Positions 36,765-45,489 of a DNA stretch of 64,000 nucleotides are shown in pieces. This DNA comes from an uncultured Acidimicrobiales bacterium (GTDB taxonomy: Bacteria > Actinomycetota > Acidimicrobiia > Acidimicrobiales > Aldehydirespiratoraceae): assembly GCA_964533595.1 (NCBI GenBank), contig CAZHMP010000002.1, positions 5,000-68,999 on the forward strand, read 5' to 3'. The notes under the pieces are model-generated. The model saw nothing but the letters and a program-made list of their open reading frames with translations. It was not told the DNA's origin and searched no databases. Position 1 is the first letter of the stretch; every line of letters starts with the position of its first letter. A program made the position numbers and the translations under genes.

Positions 36765-37252
36765 GTGACCCGACGCTCGGCTCGCATCGTCGCCGGATTC
36801 GTACCGTGGGCCGAATAGGCGAAGTGGCATGTGTCGTCCCAGGGCGCAACGATCCAACTACCCAATGGTTCAGACACCCAAAGTGGGCTTCCCTTCAACC
36901 GCCGAAGGGCCGTGGAGCCGGACATGAACTCGGCAGCAGTGACGATGCCGTCGGGATCTTCGAGGGCTATTGAACCCTCGAATGACTTGGCGGCATGGAC
37001 CTCTACGTCCAGATGCATTTCCAGCTCAACGAAGTCGACCTCGACCGTCCAAGCCAATGTGCCCCATTCGTCGACATGAAGGCCGGTCTCCTCCGCGACC
37101 TCTCGGGTGAGCGCGCCCACAGAAGTCTCACCCTCATCGATCACGCCGCCCGGGGTTGACCAATCGATCGAGCCACCACGACGCTTGTTGGCGACAAGCA
37201 GTAGCCCGCGCTCGTCTGTCAACAATCCGCTGGCAACACTCCAGTAGCGCAC
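36761..37252 (-). CDS. NUDIX hydrolase
   Basis: Complete Nudix box GGVIDEGETSVGALTREVAEETGL (Gx5Ex7REUxEExGU). Confidence 0.85.
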   Translation of the reverse strand: MRYWSVASGLLTDERGLLLVANKRRGGSIDWSTPGGVIDEGETSVGALTREVAEETGLHVDEWGTLAWTVEVDFVELEMHLDVEVHAAKSFEGSIALEDPDGIVTAAEFMSGSTALRRLKGSPLWVSEPLGSWIVAPWDDTCHFAYSAHGTNPATMRAERRVT

Positions 37253-37300
37253 CGTGTCAGCATGCCAGCCGAGAGGCTCGGCCGGAAACAGATCGTGACT

Positions 37301-38062
37301 TCAGCCGCCGGTGCCGGCGTCCGGATTGACTTCGACCGCTCCCCCGTTACCTATATCTGTGGTGACCTGCGCCGCCGGATTTTCGACCACTGCCGCACCT
37401 GCCCCGATGTCGGTGGTGACCTGCGTTGCCGGAGATTTGGTGTCGACAGGAGTTGTGTCACCGGTGGTTTGAGAAACAAGCACCAGCACACCAACGGCCG
37501 TCGCCGCCACAACGACACCTGCCAACGGGACAAGTAGCCGACGCCGGAGCCGGCGTTGGTCGGTGAGCACAACGTCTCGCTGGAGCATGAGCTGCTCAAG
37601 GCGTGATTCGACTGTGGCCGGTTCGAGCGACAACGCTGTCGACAACACATCGAGATCGAGATCGCGGAGATGTAGCGGCGTACCGAGTGGAAGATCGCGA
37701 AGCCGATACACCAAAGCGAGATACCTGGTGAGCACCGCATCGGCGTTGGCGCTCGGTCCGACGGTTATGTCGGCCTGATCAACAGCAATTCGGCCGTGGT
37801 CGAGATCGATAATGAGCTGCGAACGTTCGGGAACCAGCTCGGCGTTCTCGATCCCGTAGAGGGAGAGAATCTCAGCCAACTGCTGGTCGTCGAGTTGTTG
37901 TCGGCCTTGCTCTATGTCTTCCAGCTCGACCACACCGAAATTGCTGATCAATGCCAACTTCTCGAGTTCGATCCCACTGGACGTCCGCGCGTGCCGCAGC
38001 AGTGATCCGAACCGACGTGGCGGCACGAGTGTGGTCGGGTTGGCATCCATCGGTGTTTCCAT
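37301..38062 (-). CDS. Membrane-anchored helix-turn-helix (XRE-like) protein
   Basis: N-terminal FGSLLRHARTSSGIELEKLALISNFGVVELEDIEQGR resembles an XRE-type HTH. One TM follows (LLVPLAGVVVAATAVGVLVLV), then two C-terminal ~18-aa repeats (QVTTDIG.G.AV.EN/VNP). Confidence 0.6.
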   Translation of the reverse strand: METPMDANPTTLVPPRRFGSLLRHARTSSGIELEKLALISNFGVVELEDIEQGRQQLDDQQLAEILSLYGIENAELVPERSQLIIDLDHGRIAVDQADITVGPSANADAVLTRYLALVYRLRDLPLGTPLHLRDLDLDVLSTALSLEPATVESRLEQLMLQRDVVLTDQRRLRRRLLVPLAGVVVAATAVGVLVLVSQTTGDTTPVDTKSPATQVTTDIGAGAAVVENPAAQVTTDIGNGGAVEVNPDAGTGG

Positions 38063-38068
38063 CGGCCG

Positions 38069-38791
38069 TCAGCGTCGTTTCCTGAGTAGGCGATCTCGGA
38101 TACCCCACCATGTCACGAGAAACATCGCCTCGAAAACGATCCTGCTCGACATTTTGGATGTGCCCCGAGCGCGGTCGACAAATGATATTGGCACCTCCGC
38201 TACGCGCCCTCCAGCTCCCAACACCCGATATGCCATCTCGATCTGAAACCCGTACCCGTCGGCCTTCACCGTATGGAAGTCGACTTTGGCCAACAGGTCT
38301 GAGCGGTAGGCCCGATAGCCGCTGGTCGAATCGAGCACGTCGATACCGAGCACCCAGGACGCGTACCGATTGCCCCACCTCGACAGTGCGCGACGATGCC
38401 ACGTCCAGTCAGGGATCGAACCTCCCTCCACATAGCGGCTGCCTATCACCAGGTCGGCGCCTGCTGCTATTCCCTCTATCAGGCTCGGAAGAACGGACGG
38501 ATCGTGGGACAGATCGGAATCCATCTCGATCAGCACATCGAATCCGTCGGCGAGGCCACGTCGAAAACCGTCGCGGTACGCCGACCCCAATCCGGATTTC
38601 CCAGGCCTGCGCATCACTTCAACCACTCCGAATTGCGCGCCGGCCTCCTCCGCAATCTCAGCTGTGTGATCCGGACTGGAGTCATCGACGACAAGAATCG
38701 ACGCCGACGGGACCGCCTCATGTGCGCGGCGAATCACCTCGGCGATATTGGCTGACTCCTGATATGTCGGTAGGACGATCAAGGCTCGCAC
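38069..38791 (-). CDS. ppm1: Polyprenol-phosphate mannosyltransferase (GT2, Ppm1/Dpm1-like)
   Basis: ALIVLPTYQESANI, LVVDDSSPDHT, EMDSDLSHDP and GSRY motifs. I chose the GTG at 38791 because the longer ORF extension is not GT2-like. Confidence 0.85.
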   Translation of the reverse strand: MRALIVLPTYQESANIAEVIRRAHEAVPSASILVVDDSSPDHTAEIAEEAGAQFGVVEVMRRPGKSGLGSAYRDGFRRGLADGFDVLIEMDSDLSHDPSVLPSLIEGIAAGADLVIGSRYVEGGSIPDWTWHRRALSRWGNRYASWVLGIDVLDSTSGYRAYRSDLLAKVDFHTVKADGYGFQIEMAYRVLGAGGRVAEVPISFVDRARGTSKMSSRIVFEAMFLVTWWGIRDRLLRKRR

Positions 38792-38856
38792 GGAACGGCA
38801 CTTTAGGCCCGACGTGTCGACATGATGGCCACCCGGTGATGGGTAGGATCTCGTCG

Positions 38857-39150
38857 ATGTCCACCGAACATGCGCATTCAGGCACCAACACGGCCGTCCC
38901 ACCCGTGGTGGCCCGCGCACTGGCCATGGTCGCCATCGTCATCGGTGGGCTCTGCGGCGGCCTGATCGGTTACTCGGTGACTGATCTCCAATGCGATGAT
39001 GGATGCTCCACCCTCGCCGGAACGGTTGGGCTGGCGAGCGCGGTCGGCACGGCTGCCGGAGTCGCGATCGTCGCTGTCCTCACGCTACGGGCCATGGCCG
39101 AATGGGACGCGCGTCAAGACCGCCGGCGAGCGCACGGAGACGACGAATGA
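38857..39150 (+). CDS. Small two-TM membrane protein
   Basis: The ATG at 38857 follows GGTAGGA. The 97-aa product has two hydrophobic helices flanking a CDDGC loop, and its stop overlaps the IMPase ATG (ATGA). Confidence 0.5.
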   Translation: MSTEHAHSGTNTAVPPVVARALAMVAIVIGGLCGGLIGYSVTDLQCDDGCSTLAGTVGLASAVGTAAGVAIVAVLTLRAMAEWDARQDRRRAHGDDE

Positions 39151-39938
39151 GCGCGGCACTCAACTCTGCATTACTTGAGGTTGCCGATGCCGCCGTCGAC
39201 CTCGTGACCGATCGGGTCGCCAAGTCCAGCGCCGACCCGGATCTAGCCATCGATACCAAATCCAGCCGCACAGACATGGTCACAGACATGGACCGCTGGG
39301 TCGAACACACCCTTGTCCAGAGCATTTCCGCGGCCCGCCCCGGCGACGGCTTCCTGGGCGAGGAGGGCACGTCAAGTGCGTCCACAACCGGGGTCACCTG
39401 GATAATCGATCCGATCGATGGCACAACAAACTTCGTCTATGACATCCCCGGCTACTCGATATCGGTGGCAGCATCCATCGATGGTTCAGTGGTCGCGGGG
39501 ATCGTTCACGATCCGGTGCGATCGGAAAGATTTCGCGCCACTCTCTCAGGTGGGGCCACTCGCAACGATGAAGCCATCCGAGTCAGCACGCCTCTGAATC
39601 TGGCCACCTCGCTGGTCGCCACCGGTTTCTCCTACCAAAGCGAACGCCGTCGTGCCCAAGCAAAAGTCCTTGAACACGTACTCCCCGCGGTTCGTGACAT
39701 TCGCCGATTTGGTGGAGCCGCACTCGATTTGTGCTCTTTGGCATGCGGCCGAGTCGACGCATACTACGAGCGAGGCTTGCAACCTTGGGACCTTGCAGCA
39801 GGGGCATTGATCGCAACGGAGGCAGGCGCAACTGTCGACGTCCATGACGCCGACGATGGTGCTCTGATTGGTGCCAGCCCGTCGATATTTTCGGACTTTT
39901 CCGAACTCATCAGCGAGTCGGGAGCTCACCTCGCCTGA
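39147..39938 (+). CDS. Inositol monophosphatase family protein
   Basis: FLGEEG, WIIDPIDGTTNF and FGGAALDLC are the IMPase/SuhB metal-binding motifs. Confidence 0.88.
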   Translation: MSAALNSALLEVADAAVDLVTDRVAKSSADPDLAIDTKSSRTDMVTDMDRWVEHTLVQSISAARPGDGFLGEEGTSSASTTGVTWIIDPIDGTTNFVYDIPGYSISVAASIDGSVVAGIVHDPVRSERFRATLSGGATRNDEAIRVSTPLNLATSLVATGFSYQSERRRAQAKVLEHVLPAVRDIRRFGGAALDLCSLACGRVDAYYERGLQPWDLAAGALIATEAGATVDVHDADDGALIGASPSIFSDFSELISESGAHLA

Positions 39939-39992
39939 TTTATTCCGCCCCTTGGCGCCCGATGTGGCGAGAAATCTGGCACCATCGGGGAT

Positions 39993-40673
39993 GTGGGAAC
40001 GCGAATCCTGACGGTTGAGGACGACGAGCGAATTCGTACGTCGGTCAAACTTGCTCTTGAGGACGAAGGCTGGGAGGTGGAGGAGGCCGAATCCGGAGAG
40101 GACGCGCTCAACGCATTCACCCGTGAACCGGCCGATGTCGTGCTCATCGACATCATGCTTCCGGGCATCGATGGTTTCGACGTGTGCCGCGCGATTCGGC
40201 GCGTCAGCGACGTGCCAATTGTGATGGTCACCGCTCGAATCGACACCCACGATGTTGTTGCCGGCTTGGAGGCTGGGGCCGACGACTACCTCACAAAGCC
40301 ATTCGCACCGAAAGAATTGTCGGCTCGAATTCGCGCCTTGTTGCGTCGAGTTCGCTCCACCGATGCCGGCAGTCGTCACATGATTTTCGGAGATCTCGAG
40401 ATCATTCCGGATGAAGGCGTGGTCCGCTTGGCCAGCACCGAGATCCACCTGACAAAGACGGAGTTCCGACTGTTGGTCGAATTGGCTTCCAATCCCGGTC
40501 GGGTGTTCAGTCGCGAGGTACTGCTCGAGAAAGTTTGGGGATACGGCTATTTCGGAGACGGACGATTGGTGGATGTCCACATTCGCCGTCTTCGAACCAA
40601 GATCGAGGCAGATGCAGCCAATCCGCGTCACGTCGTCACCGTGCGAGGCCTGGGCTACAAGTTGCAGGCCTGA
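39993..40673 (+). CDS. mtrA: OmpR-family response regulator MtrA
   Basis: Receiver domain (VVLIDIMLPGIDG) plus winged helix (LTKTEFRLLVELASNPGRVFSRE...VRGLGYKL). It is followed by an mtrB-like kinase and a lipoprotein. The start is GTG. Confidence 0.92.
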   Translation: MGTRILTVEDDERIRTSVKLALEDEGWEVEEAESGEDALNAFTREPADVVLIDIMLPGIDGFDVCRAIRRVSDVPIVMVTARIDTHDVVAGLEAGADDYLTKPFAPKELSARIRALLRRVRSTDAGSRHMIFGDLEIIPDEGVVRLASTEIHLTKTEFRLLVELASNPGRVFSREVLLEKVWGYGYFGDGRLVDVHIRRLRTKIEADAANPRHVVTVRGLGYKLQA

Positions 40674-40691
40674 GCCGGAGATTCCGACGGC

Positions 40692-42101
40692 ATGAAGCTG
40701 AGCCCTCGCATGGAGAGGTTGGGACTGCGTTCACGCCTGACGCTCTTTTTCGCTTTCGGAGGCCTACTACTTTCGATGACGATCGCGCTTTCAACACTCA
40801 CGCTTACACGACAAAATCTTCTGGAGACTCGTGAGGAGACAGCATTTCGGGTAGTGACATCCAACGGGATTCGGGTGCAGGCTCGCCTCACCCCGGAAAT
40901 CGATGCTGAGGGACTCGGCGCCATCATCGACTCCTTGAGCACGAGCAAGGGGGCATACCCGCTGCTGCGACTCGGTGAGTTGTGGACCGCCTCCGACACG
41001 CAGGTGTTCAACAGCGAGAACGTTCCCGAAACGCTTCTCGCCCTCGTCGACCGCGGCGAGGCCGGCACGATTCGCACCAACCTTGACGGAAGGCCCGCGG
41101 TGATCACCGGTCTTCCGTTGCCGAACCGTGATGCCACGTACTTCGAGGCGATCTTTCTTGAAGATGTCGAGGCCACCCTAAATGCGCTGGGTCTCATCGT
41201 GTTGGGCGTGGCCGCAGTGTCCACTGTGTTGGCTGCATCAGCCGGATGGTGGGCCTCGCGCCGAACGCTCACCCCGTTGGCGAAAGTGAGGGCCGCGGCC
41301 GAATCACTTGCCGCAGGTGAACTCGACACGCGCTTGGATCCACCCGCCGACACCGACTTGGCATCACTCGCTGCGTCGTTCAACGAGATGGCAAGAGCAC
41401 TCGAGGACAGGATCGAGCGCGATTCCCGATTCGCCTCCGAGGTGAGCCATGAGCTCCGCAGCCCACTCATGACGCTGAACGCATCGGTTGAGGTTCTCAA
41501 CAACGGCCGAGAGAAGTTCGATGATCGCAGCCGCACGGCGCTCGATCTTCTCACCGACGACGTCAAGCGGTTCACACATCTGGTCGAGGACCTGCTGGAG
41601 ATCAGTCGATACGACGTTGGCTCGGCTTCATTGCAAGCAGAGGAACTCGATATTTCCGAGTTCATTCAGCAGGCGGTGTCCCACTCCACCCGACCCGATG
41701 CCGAGGTCAAATCCACGCTCGCCGCGCAATCCACCGTCGTTGTGGCCGACAAACGACGACTTGCCCAAGTGATTGCCAATCTCATCGACAACGCCGCCAA
41801 GTACGGCGGAGGTTCGATCGTCATCTCGATCGGCCGTCGTGGCGACGAAGTCACGATTGCAGTTCAAGACGACGGGCCGGGTGTGCCGGCGGCCGAACGA
41901 TCTGTGATATTCGACAGGTTCTCGCGCGGTAGCTCTGGTGGTCGGCGCGGGCAGGACACGGGGTCGGGTCTCGGACTGTCGCTGGTGGCCGAACACGTCG
42001 GGCTCCATGGGGGCAGGGTGTGGGTGGAAGGTCGTAAGGATGGCCGCAGCGGAGCGAGATTCGTCGTGGTGTTGCCGCTCGGGGAGCTCGAGGAATCATG
42101 A
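40692..42101 (+). CDS. mtrB: Sensor histidine kinase MtrB-like
   Basis: Two TM segments, HAMP, the H-box SHELRSPL, the N-box DNAAKYG and the G-box GSGLGLS. Confidence 0.88.
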   Translation: MKLSPRMERLGLRSRLTLFFAFGGLLLSMTIALSTLTLTRQNLLETREETAFRVVTSNGIRVQARLTPEIDAEGLGAIIDSLSTSKGAYPLLRLGELWTASDTQVFNSENVPETLLALVDRGEAGTIRTNLDGRPAVITGLPLPNRDATYFEAIFLEDVEATLNALGLIVLGVAAVSTVLAASAGWWASRRTLTPLAKVRAAAESLAAGELDTRLDPPADTDLASLAASFNEMARALEDRIERDSRFASEVSHELRSPLMTLNASVEVLNNGREKFDDRSRTALDLLTDDVKRFTHLVEDLLEISRYDVGSASLQAEELDISEFIQQAVSHSTRPDAEVKSTLAAQSTVVVADKRRLAQVIANLIDNAAKYGGGSIVISIGRRGDEVTIAVQDDGPGVPAAERSVIFDRFSRGSSGGRRGQDTGSGLGLSLVAEHVGLHGGRVWVEGRKDGRSGARFVVVLPLGELEES

Positions 42102-42826
42102 CCGGACCACTGCGTGGATTGGGGATTCTGGCCATCGCTGCGGTGTTGGCCACGGGTTGCTCGGTGCCGAGCGACGATGCAGCCACCGTGATCGCTTCGT
42201 CAGATTTGCCAGAGAGCCTGCGGGCCGACTTCACCACTACAACCACCACGCTGCAGGCCCCAATCTCAACGACCGCTCCGGTCTATCTGCTCACCCGACA
42301 GGCCGAAACAACACGAGCCACTGTGGTGGAAGTGATGCGTGAGGTCCCGCTCAATCCCACGATCACCGATGTCATGAGCCGCCTCTTCGGCGAAGGTGCA
42401 GTCACCTCTGAAGAAGAGGCGGCCAATTACATAACCACACTCTCGGAGTTCGAGCTGCTCAGCGCCACGAGAGCCGGAGACCTCGCGGTGATCGACATCG
42501 TCAATCTCACACCGGAGGGATTGCCGAGCGATCAGCCATACGAGGGTGATCTCATTGAGGTGGCTGCCCAGGTTGTGTGGACGGCCACCGCCATCGATGG
42601 CGTAAATCGGGTGCAGATTCTCATCAATGGGCAACAGGTCACCATTCCCACCAACAACAGCGACACCGAGGTTGGGGCGCCGGTGACCCGATCCGACTAC
42701 GAACGATTCGATCCGGAGTTTGTCCCGCCAAGTACCTCCACCACCACGACGACCATCGCCACCAGTTCGTCGACCACTGACCCCGGCACGCCCAATCCCC
42801 CGACAACGTCCAGCACCGCTCCTTGA
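42098..42826 (+). CDS. lpqB: Short LpqB-like lipoprotein (GerMN-type region only)
   Basis: Lipobox LATGC and an ATGA overlap with the mtrB stop, in the position of lpqB. It is only 242 aa, with poly-Thr and Ser/Thr/Pro-rich linkers. Confidence 0.6.
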   Translation: MTGPLRGLGILAIAAVLATGCSVPSDDAATVIASSDLPESLRADFTTTTTTLQAPISTTAPVYLLTRQAETTRATVVEVMREVPLNPTITDVMSRLFGEGAVTSEEEAANYITTLSEFELLSATRAGDLAVIDIVNLTPEGLPSDQPYEGDLIEVAAQVVWTATAIDGVNRVQILINGQQVTIPTNNSDTEVGAPVTRSDYERFDPEFVPPSTSTTTTTIATSSSTTDPGTPNPPTTSSTAP

Positions 42827-42862
42827 CCACCACCGGCGTCACGGGCCGGGCGATCGTTGCGA

Positions 42863-43894
42863 TTACGCCGTGAAGGTCTTGACCAGGTCGAGCAGAGCTG
42901 GAGGAACCGGCTTCAACTCGGTGATGCACTCCTCAAACGGTTTTCGCACCACGCTGCCGCCGCTCAGAGCCACCATCTTGCCAAAATCGCCTTCATGAAC
43001 GGCGTTCATGGCTTCGACTCCGAACCAGCTGGAGAGCAACCGATCGAACGCTGAGGGAGTACCGCCTCGCTGCACATAGCCAAGGATGGTGACCCGCGTT
43101 TCGTATCCAGTGCGCGCTTCAATCTCGGAGGCGACGACATTCGCAATGCCTCCGAGACGTTGATGGCCGTATTCGTCGACTCCTGGCTGGGAAAGCGAGA
43201 GCGTTCCTTCCACCGGACGGGCACCCTCGGCTACCACAACAATCGACGCATACGGGCCTTTGGCGTGGCGACGACGCAAAGATTCACAGACTTCCTCTAT
43301 GTCGAAAGGCTCCTCGGGCACGAGAATCACTGTGGCGCCACCGGCGATTCCTGCCCAGGTGGCAATATGACCCACGTGGCGGCCCATCACCTCGGCCACC
43401 ATCACGCGATCGTGTGATTCAGCGGTGCTGTGCAGCCGATCGATCGCCTCGGTGGCAATTTGGACCGCGGTGTCGAATCCAAAAGTCATGTCCGTTCCGC
43501 CGACGTCGTTGTCGATGGTTTTTGGCACACCCACCACAGGTATTCCGTCGGCGTTCAGACGGGCCGCAGCAGAAAGGCTCCCCTCTCCACCAATTGCGAT
43601 GAGAGCCTCAACCCCATGGCGGGACATGGTCGCCTTCGCTCGCTCCACACCATCGTCGTACATGTAGGGCTGCATTCGGGATGTGCCGATGATCGTGCCG
43701 CCGCGAGGCAGGATCCCGCGACAGGCGGCCACATCGAGCTTCATCGTTTTGTCTTCAACCAAGCCGCTGTACCCGTCGATGAAGCCGATCACCTCATCGC
43801 CGAGTCCACGCTCGGCGCGACGTACGACGGCGCGAATCACTGCGTTGAGTCCGGGGCAATCGCCCCCACCAGTAAGCACTCCGACGCGCATCAA
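42863..43894 (-). CDS. pfkA: 6-phosphofructokinase
   Basis: VGVLTGGGDCPGLNAVIR, IAIGGEGS, PKTIDND and MGRHVG motifs. Confidence 0.93.
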   Translation of the reverse strand: MMRVGVLTGGGDCPGLNAVIRAVVRRAERGLGDEVIGFIDGYSGLVEDKTMKLDVAACRGILPRGGTIIGTSRMQPYMYDDGVERAKATMSRHGVEALIAIGGEGSLSAAARLNADGIPVVGVPKTIDNDVGGTDMTFGFDTAVQIATEAIDRLHSTAESHDRVMVAEVMGRHVGHIATWAGIAGGATVILVPEEPFDIEEVCESLRRRHAKGPYASIVVVAEGARPVEGTLSLSQPGVDEYGHQRLGGIANVVASEIEARTGYETRVTILGYVQRGGTPSAFDRLLSSWFGVEAMNAVHEGDFGKMVALSGGSVVRKPFEECITELKPVPPALLDLVKTFTA

Positions 43895-43975
43895 TCCCCC
43901 GAATAGGCCGACTCGATCTGAACCCCAAAGGCTAGGCCCGAACGCGTCGGTCTCTCCGGGTATCGTCGTAACACC

Positions 43976-45457
43976 ATGGGAATTGTGATCTCAATAGACG
44001 CAGGCACAACCGGGGTTCGCTCGTTCGCAGTCGACGAGGACGGACAACCGGTCGGATTCGCATACGAGGAGTTCAAGCAGCACTTTCCCCGTCCGGGTTG
44101 GGTGGAACACGACGCCGGCGAAATCTGGCAGGCGGTGGTGTCGACTCTCGACAAACTCACATCCACATTGCACTCGCCAATTGCCGCCATCGGCATCACC
44201 GATCAGCGGGAGACTGTTGTCGTCTGGGACAAGCGAACGGGAAAACCGCTGCACCATGCCATCGTCTGGCAGGATCGACGAACCGCGTCACGATGCGAGG
44301 AGCTCACTGAGGCCGGTCGACTCGACCTGGTGAGGAACAGAACCGGTCTGGTTCTCGATCCCTATTTCTCGGGCACCAAACTCGAGTGGCTGCTCACCGA
44401 AGGCGGTGTCCGACCAGATGAGAATCTGGCATTCGGGACGGTCGATTCATGGCTCATCTGGAATCTCACGGGCGGGGCGCACCTCACCGACACCACCAAT
44501 GCCAGTCGCACCATGCTTTTCGACATCCATTCGCTTCAGTGGGATTTGGAACTTTGCGAAATGCTTGGCGTGCCGGTGTCATGCCTTCCGGAGGTCAGGC
44601 CATCGTCGGGCAGATTCGGCGTCACCACCGCCGACGTCCCAACTGGAGCGGGAATCCCAGTGAGCGGCGTTGCCGGCGACCAGCAGGCTGCGTTGTTCGG
44701 CCAGGCATGTTTCACAGCCGGCCAGGCAAAGAACACGTACGGCACCGGCTCATTCGTCCTGATGAATGTTGGCGACGAGTGTCCCGCTCCGGTGGATGGG
44801 CTTCTGACCACCGTCGCGTGGACCCTTGGCGGGCAGAACCCCGCCACCACCTACGCCTACGAAGGCGCGATATTTGCCACCGGAGCAGCCATCCAGTGGC
44901 TACGCGACGGCCTTGGAATCATCAGCGACGCCTCGGAAACCGGCCCGTTGGCCGAGTCGGTTGCCGACACCGGCGGCGTAGTTTTCGTTCCCGCTCTCGC
45001 CGGTCTCGGCAGTCCGTATTGGGATGCGAGAGCGCGAGGCACAATTGTGGGCCTCACCAGAGGGAGCGGTCGGGCCGAGATTGCCCGCGCCACCGTTGAA
45101 GCGATGGCCTACCAGAGCCGTGACGTAGTGGATGCAATGACCGCTGCGAGTGGCACCCCGATTACCGACCTTCGCGTGGACGGCGGCGCATCGGTCATGG
45201 ATCTGCTGCTGCAGCTCCAAGCCGATCAGATCGGCGTCCCGGTGATCCGGTCCACGATTCAGGAGACCACCGCCATGGGATCGGCCTATCTCGCCGGCCT
45301 GGCCGAGGGGGTGTGGGGAGGCGTCAGCGAACTGGCCGACAAGTGGCGTTCCGACCAAACCTTCCAGCCCAACCCCGACCACACAGATTCAAACGCGATG
45401 TACGACCTGTGGAAGCGGGCAGTACAGCGCTCTCTCGCATGGGACCAGTCGATCTGA
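43976..45457 (+). CDS. glpK: Glycerol kinase
   Basis: VISIDAGTTGVRSF, GITDQRETVVVWD, the FGGY family C-terminal domain and DGGAS. Confidence 0.96.
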   Translation: MGIVISIDAGTTGVRSFAVDEDGQPVGFAYEEFKQHFPRPGWVEHDAGEIWQAVVSTLDKLTSTLHSPIAAIGITDQRETVVVWDKRTGKPLHHAIVWQDRRTASRCEELTEAGRLDLVRNRTGLVLDPYFSGTKLEWLLTEGGVRPDENLAFGTVDSWLIWNLTGGAHLTDTTNASRTMLFDIHSLQWDLELCEMLGVPVSCLPEVRPSSGRFGVTTADVPTGAGIPVSGVAGDQQAALFGQACFTAGQAKNTYGTGSFVLMNVGDECPAPVDGLLTTVAWTLGGQNPATTYAYEGAIFATGAAIQWLRDGLGIISDASETGPLAESVADTGGVVFVPALAGLGSPYWDARARGTIVGLTRGSGRAEIARATVEAMAYQSRDVVDAMTAASGTPITDLRVDGGASVMDLLLQLQADQIGVPVIRSTIQETTAMGSAYLAGLAEGVWGGVSELADKWRSDQTFQPNPDHTDSNAMYDLWKRAVQRSLAWDQSI

Positions 45458-45463
45458 CCGGTC

Positions 45464-45482
45464 CGCTTGGATGCGCCAAGCG
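45464..45482. terminator. Hairpin between convergent glpK and the aminotransferase gene
   Basis: CGCTTGG-ATGCG-CCAAGCG forms a 7-bp stem in the 32-nt convergent gap. There is no T-tract. Confidence 0.25.
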
Positions 45483-45489
45483 CAACGCC

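Noticed and set aside
39546-41665. Two long minus-strand ORFs (39546-40631, 361 aa; 40655-41665, 336 aa)
   Set aside because: They are antisense to the IMPase, mtrA and mtrB genes, all of which have clear motifs. The 336-aa product is about one-quarter Ser and low-complexity.
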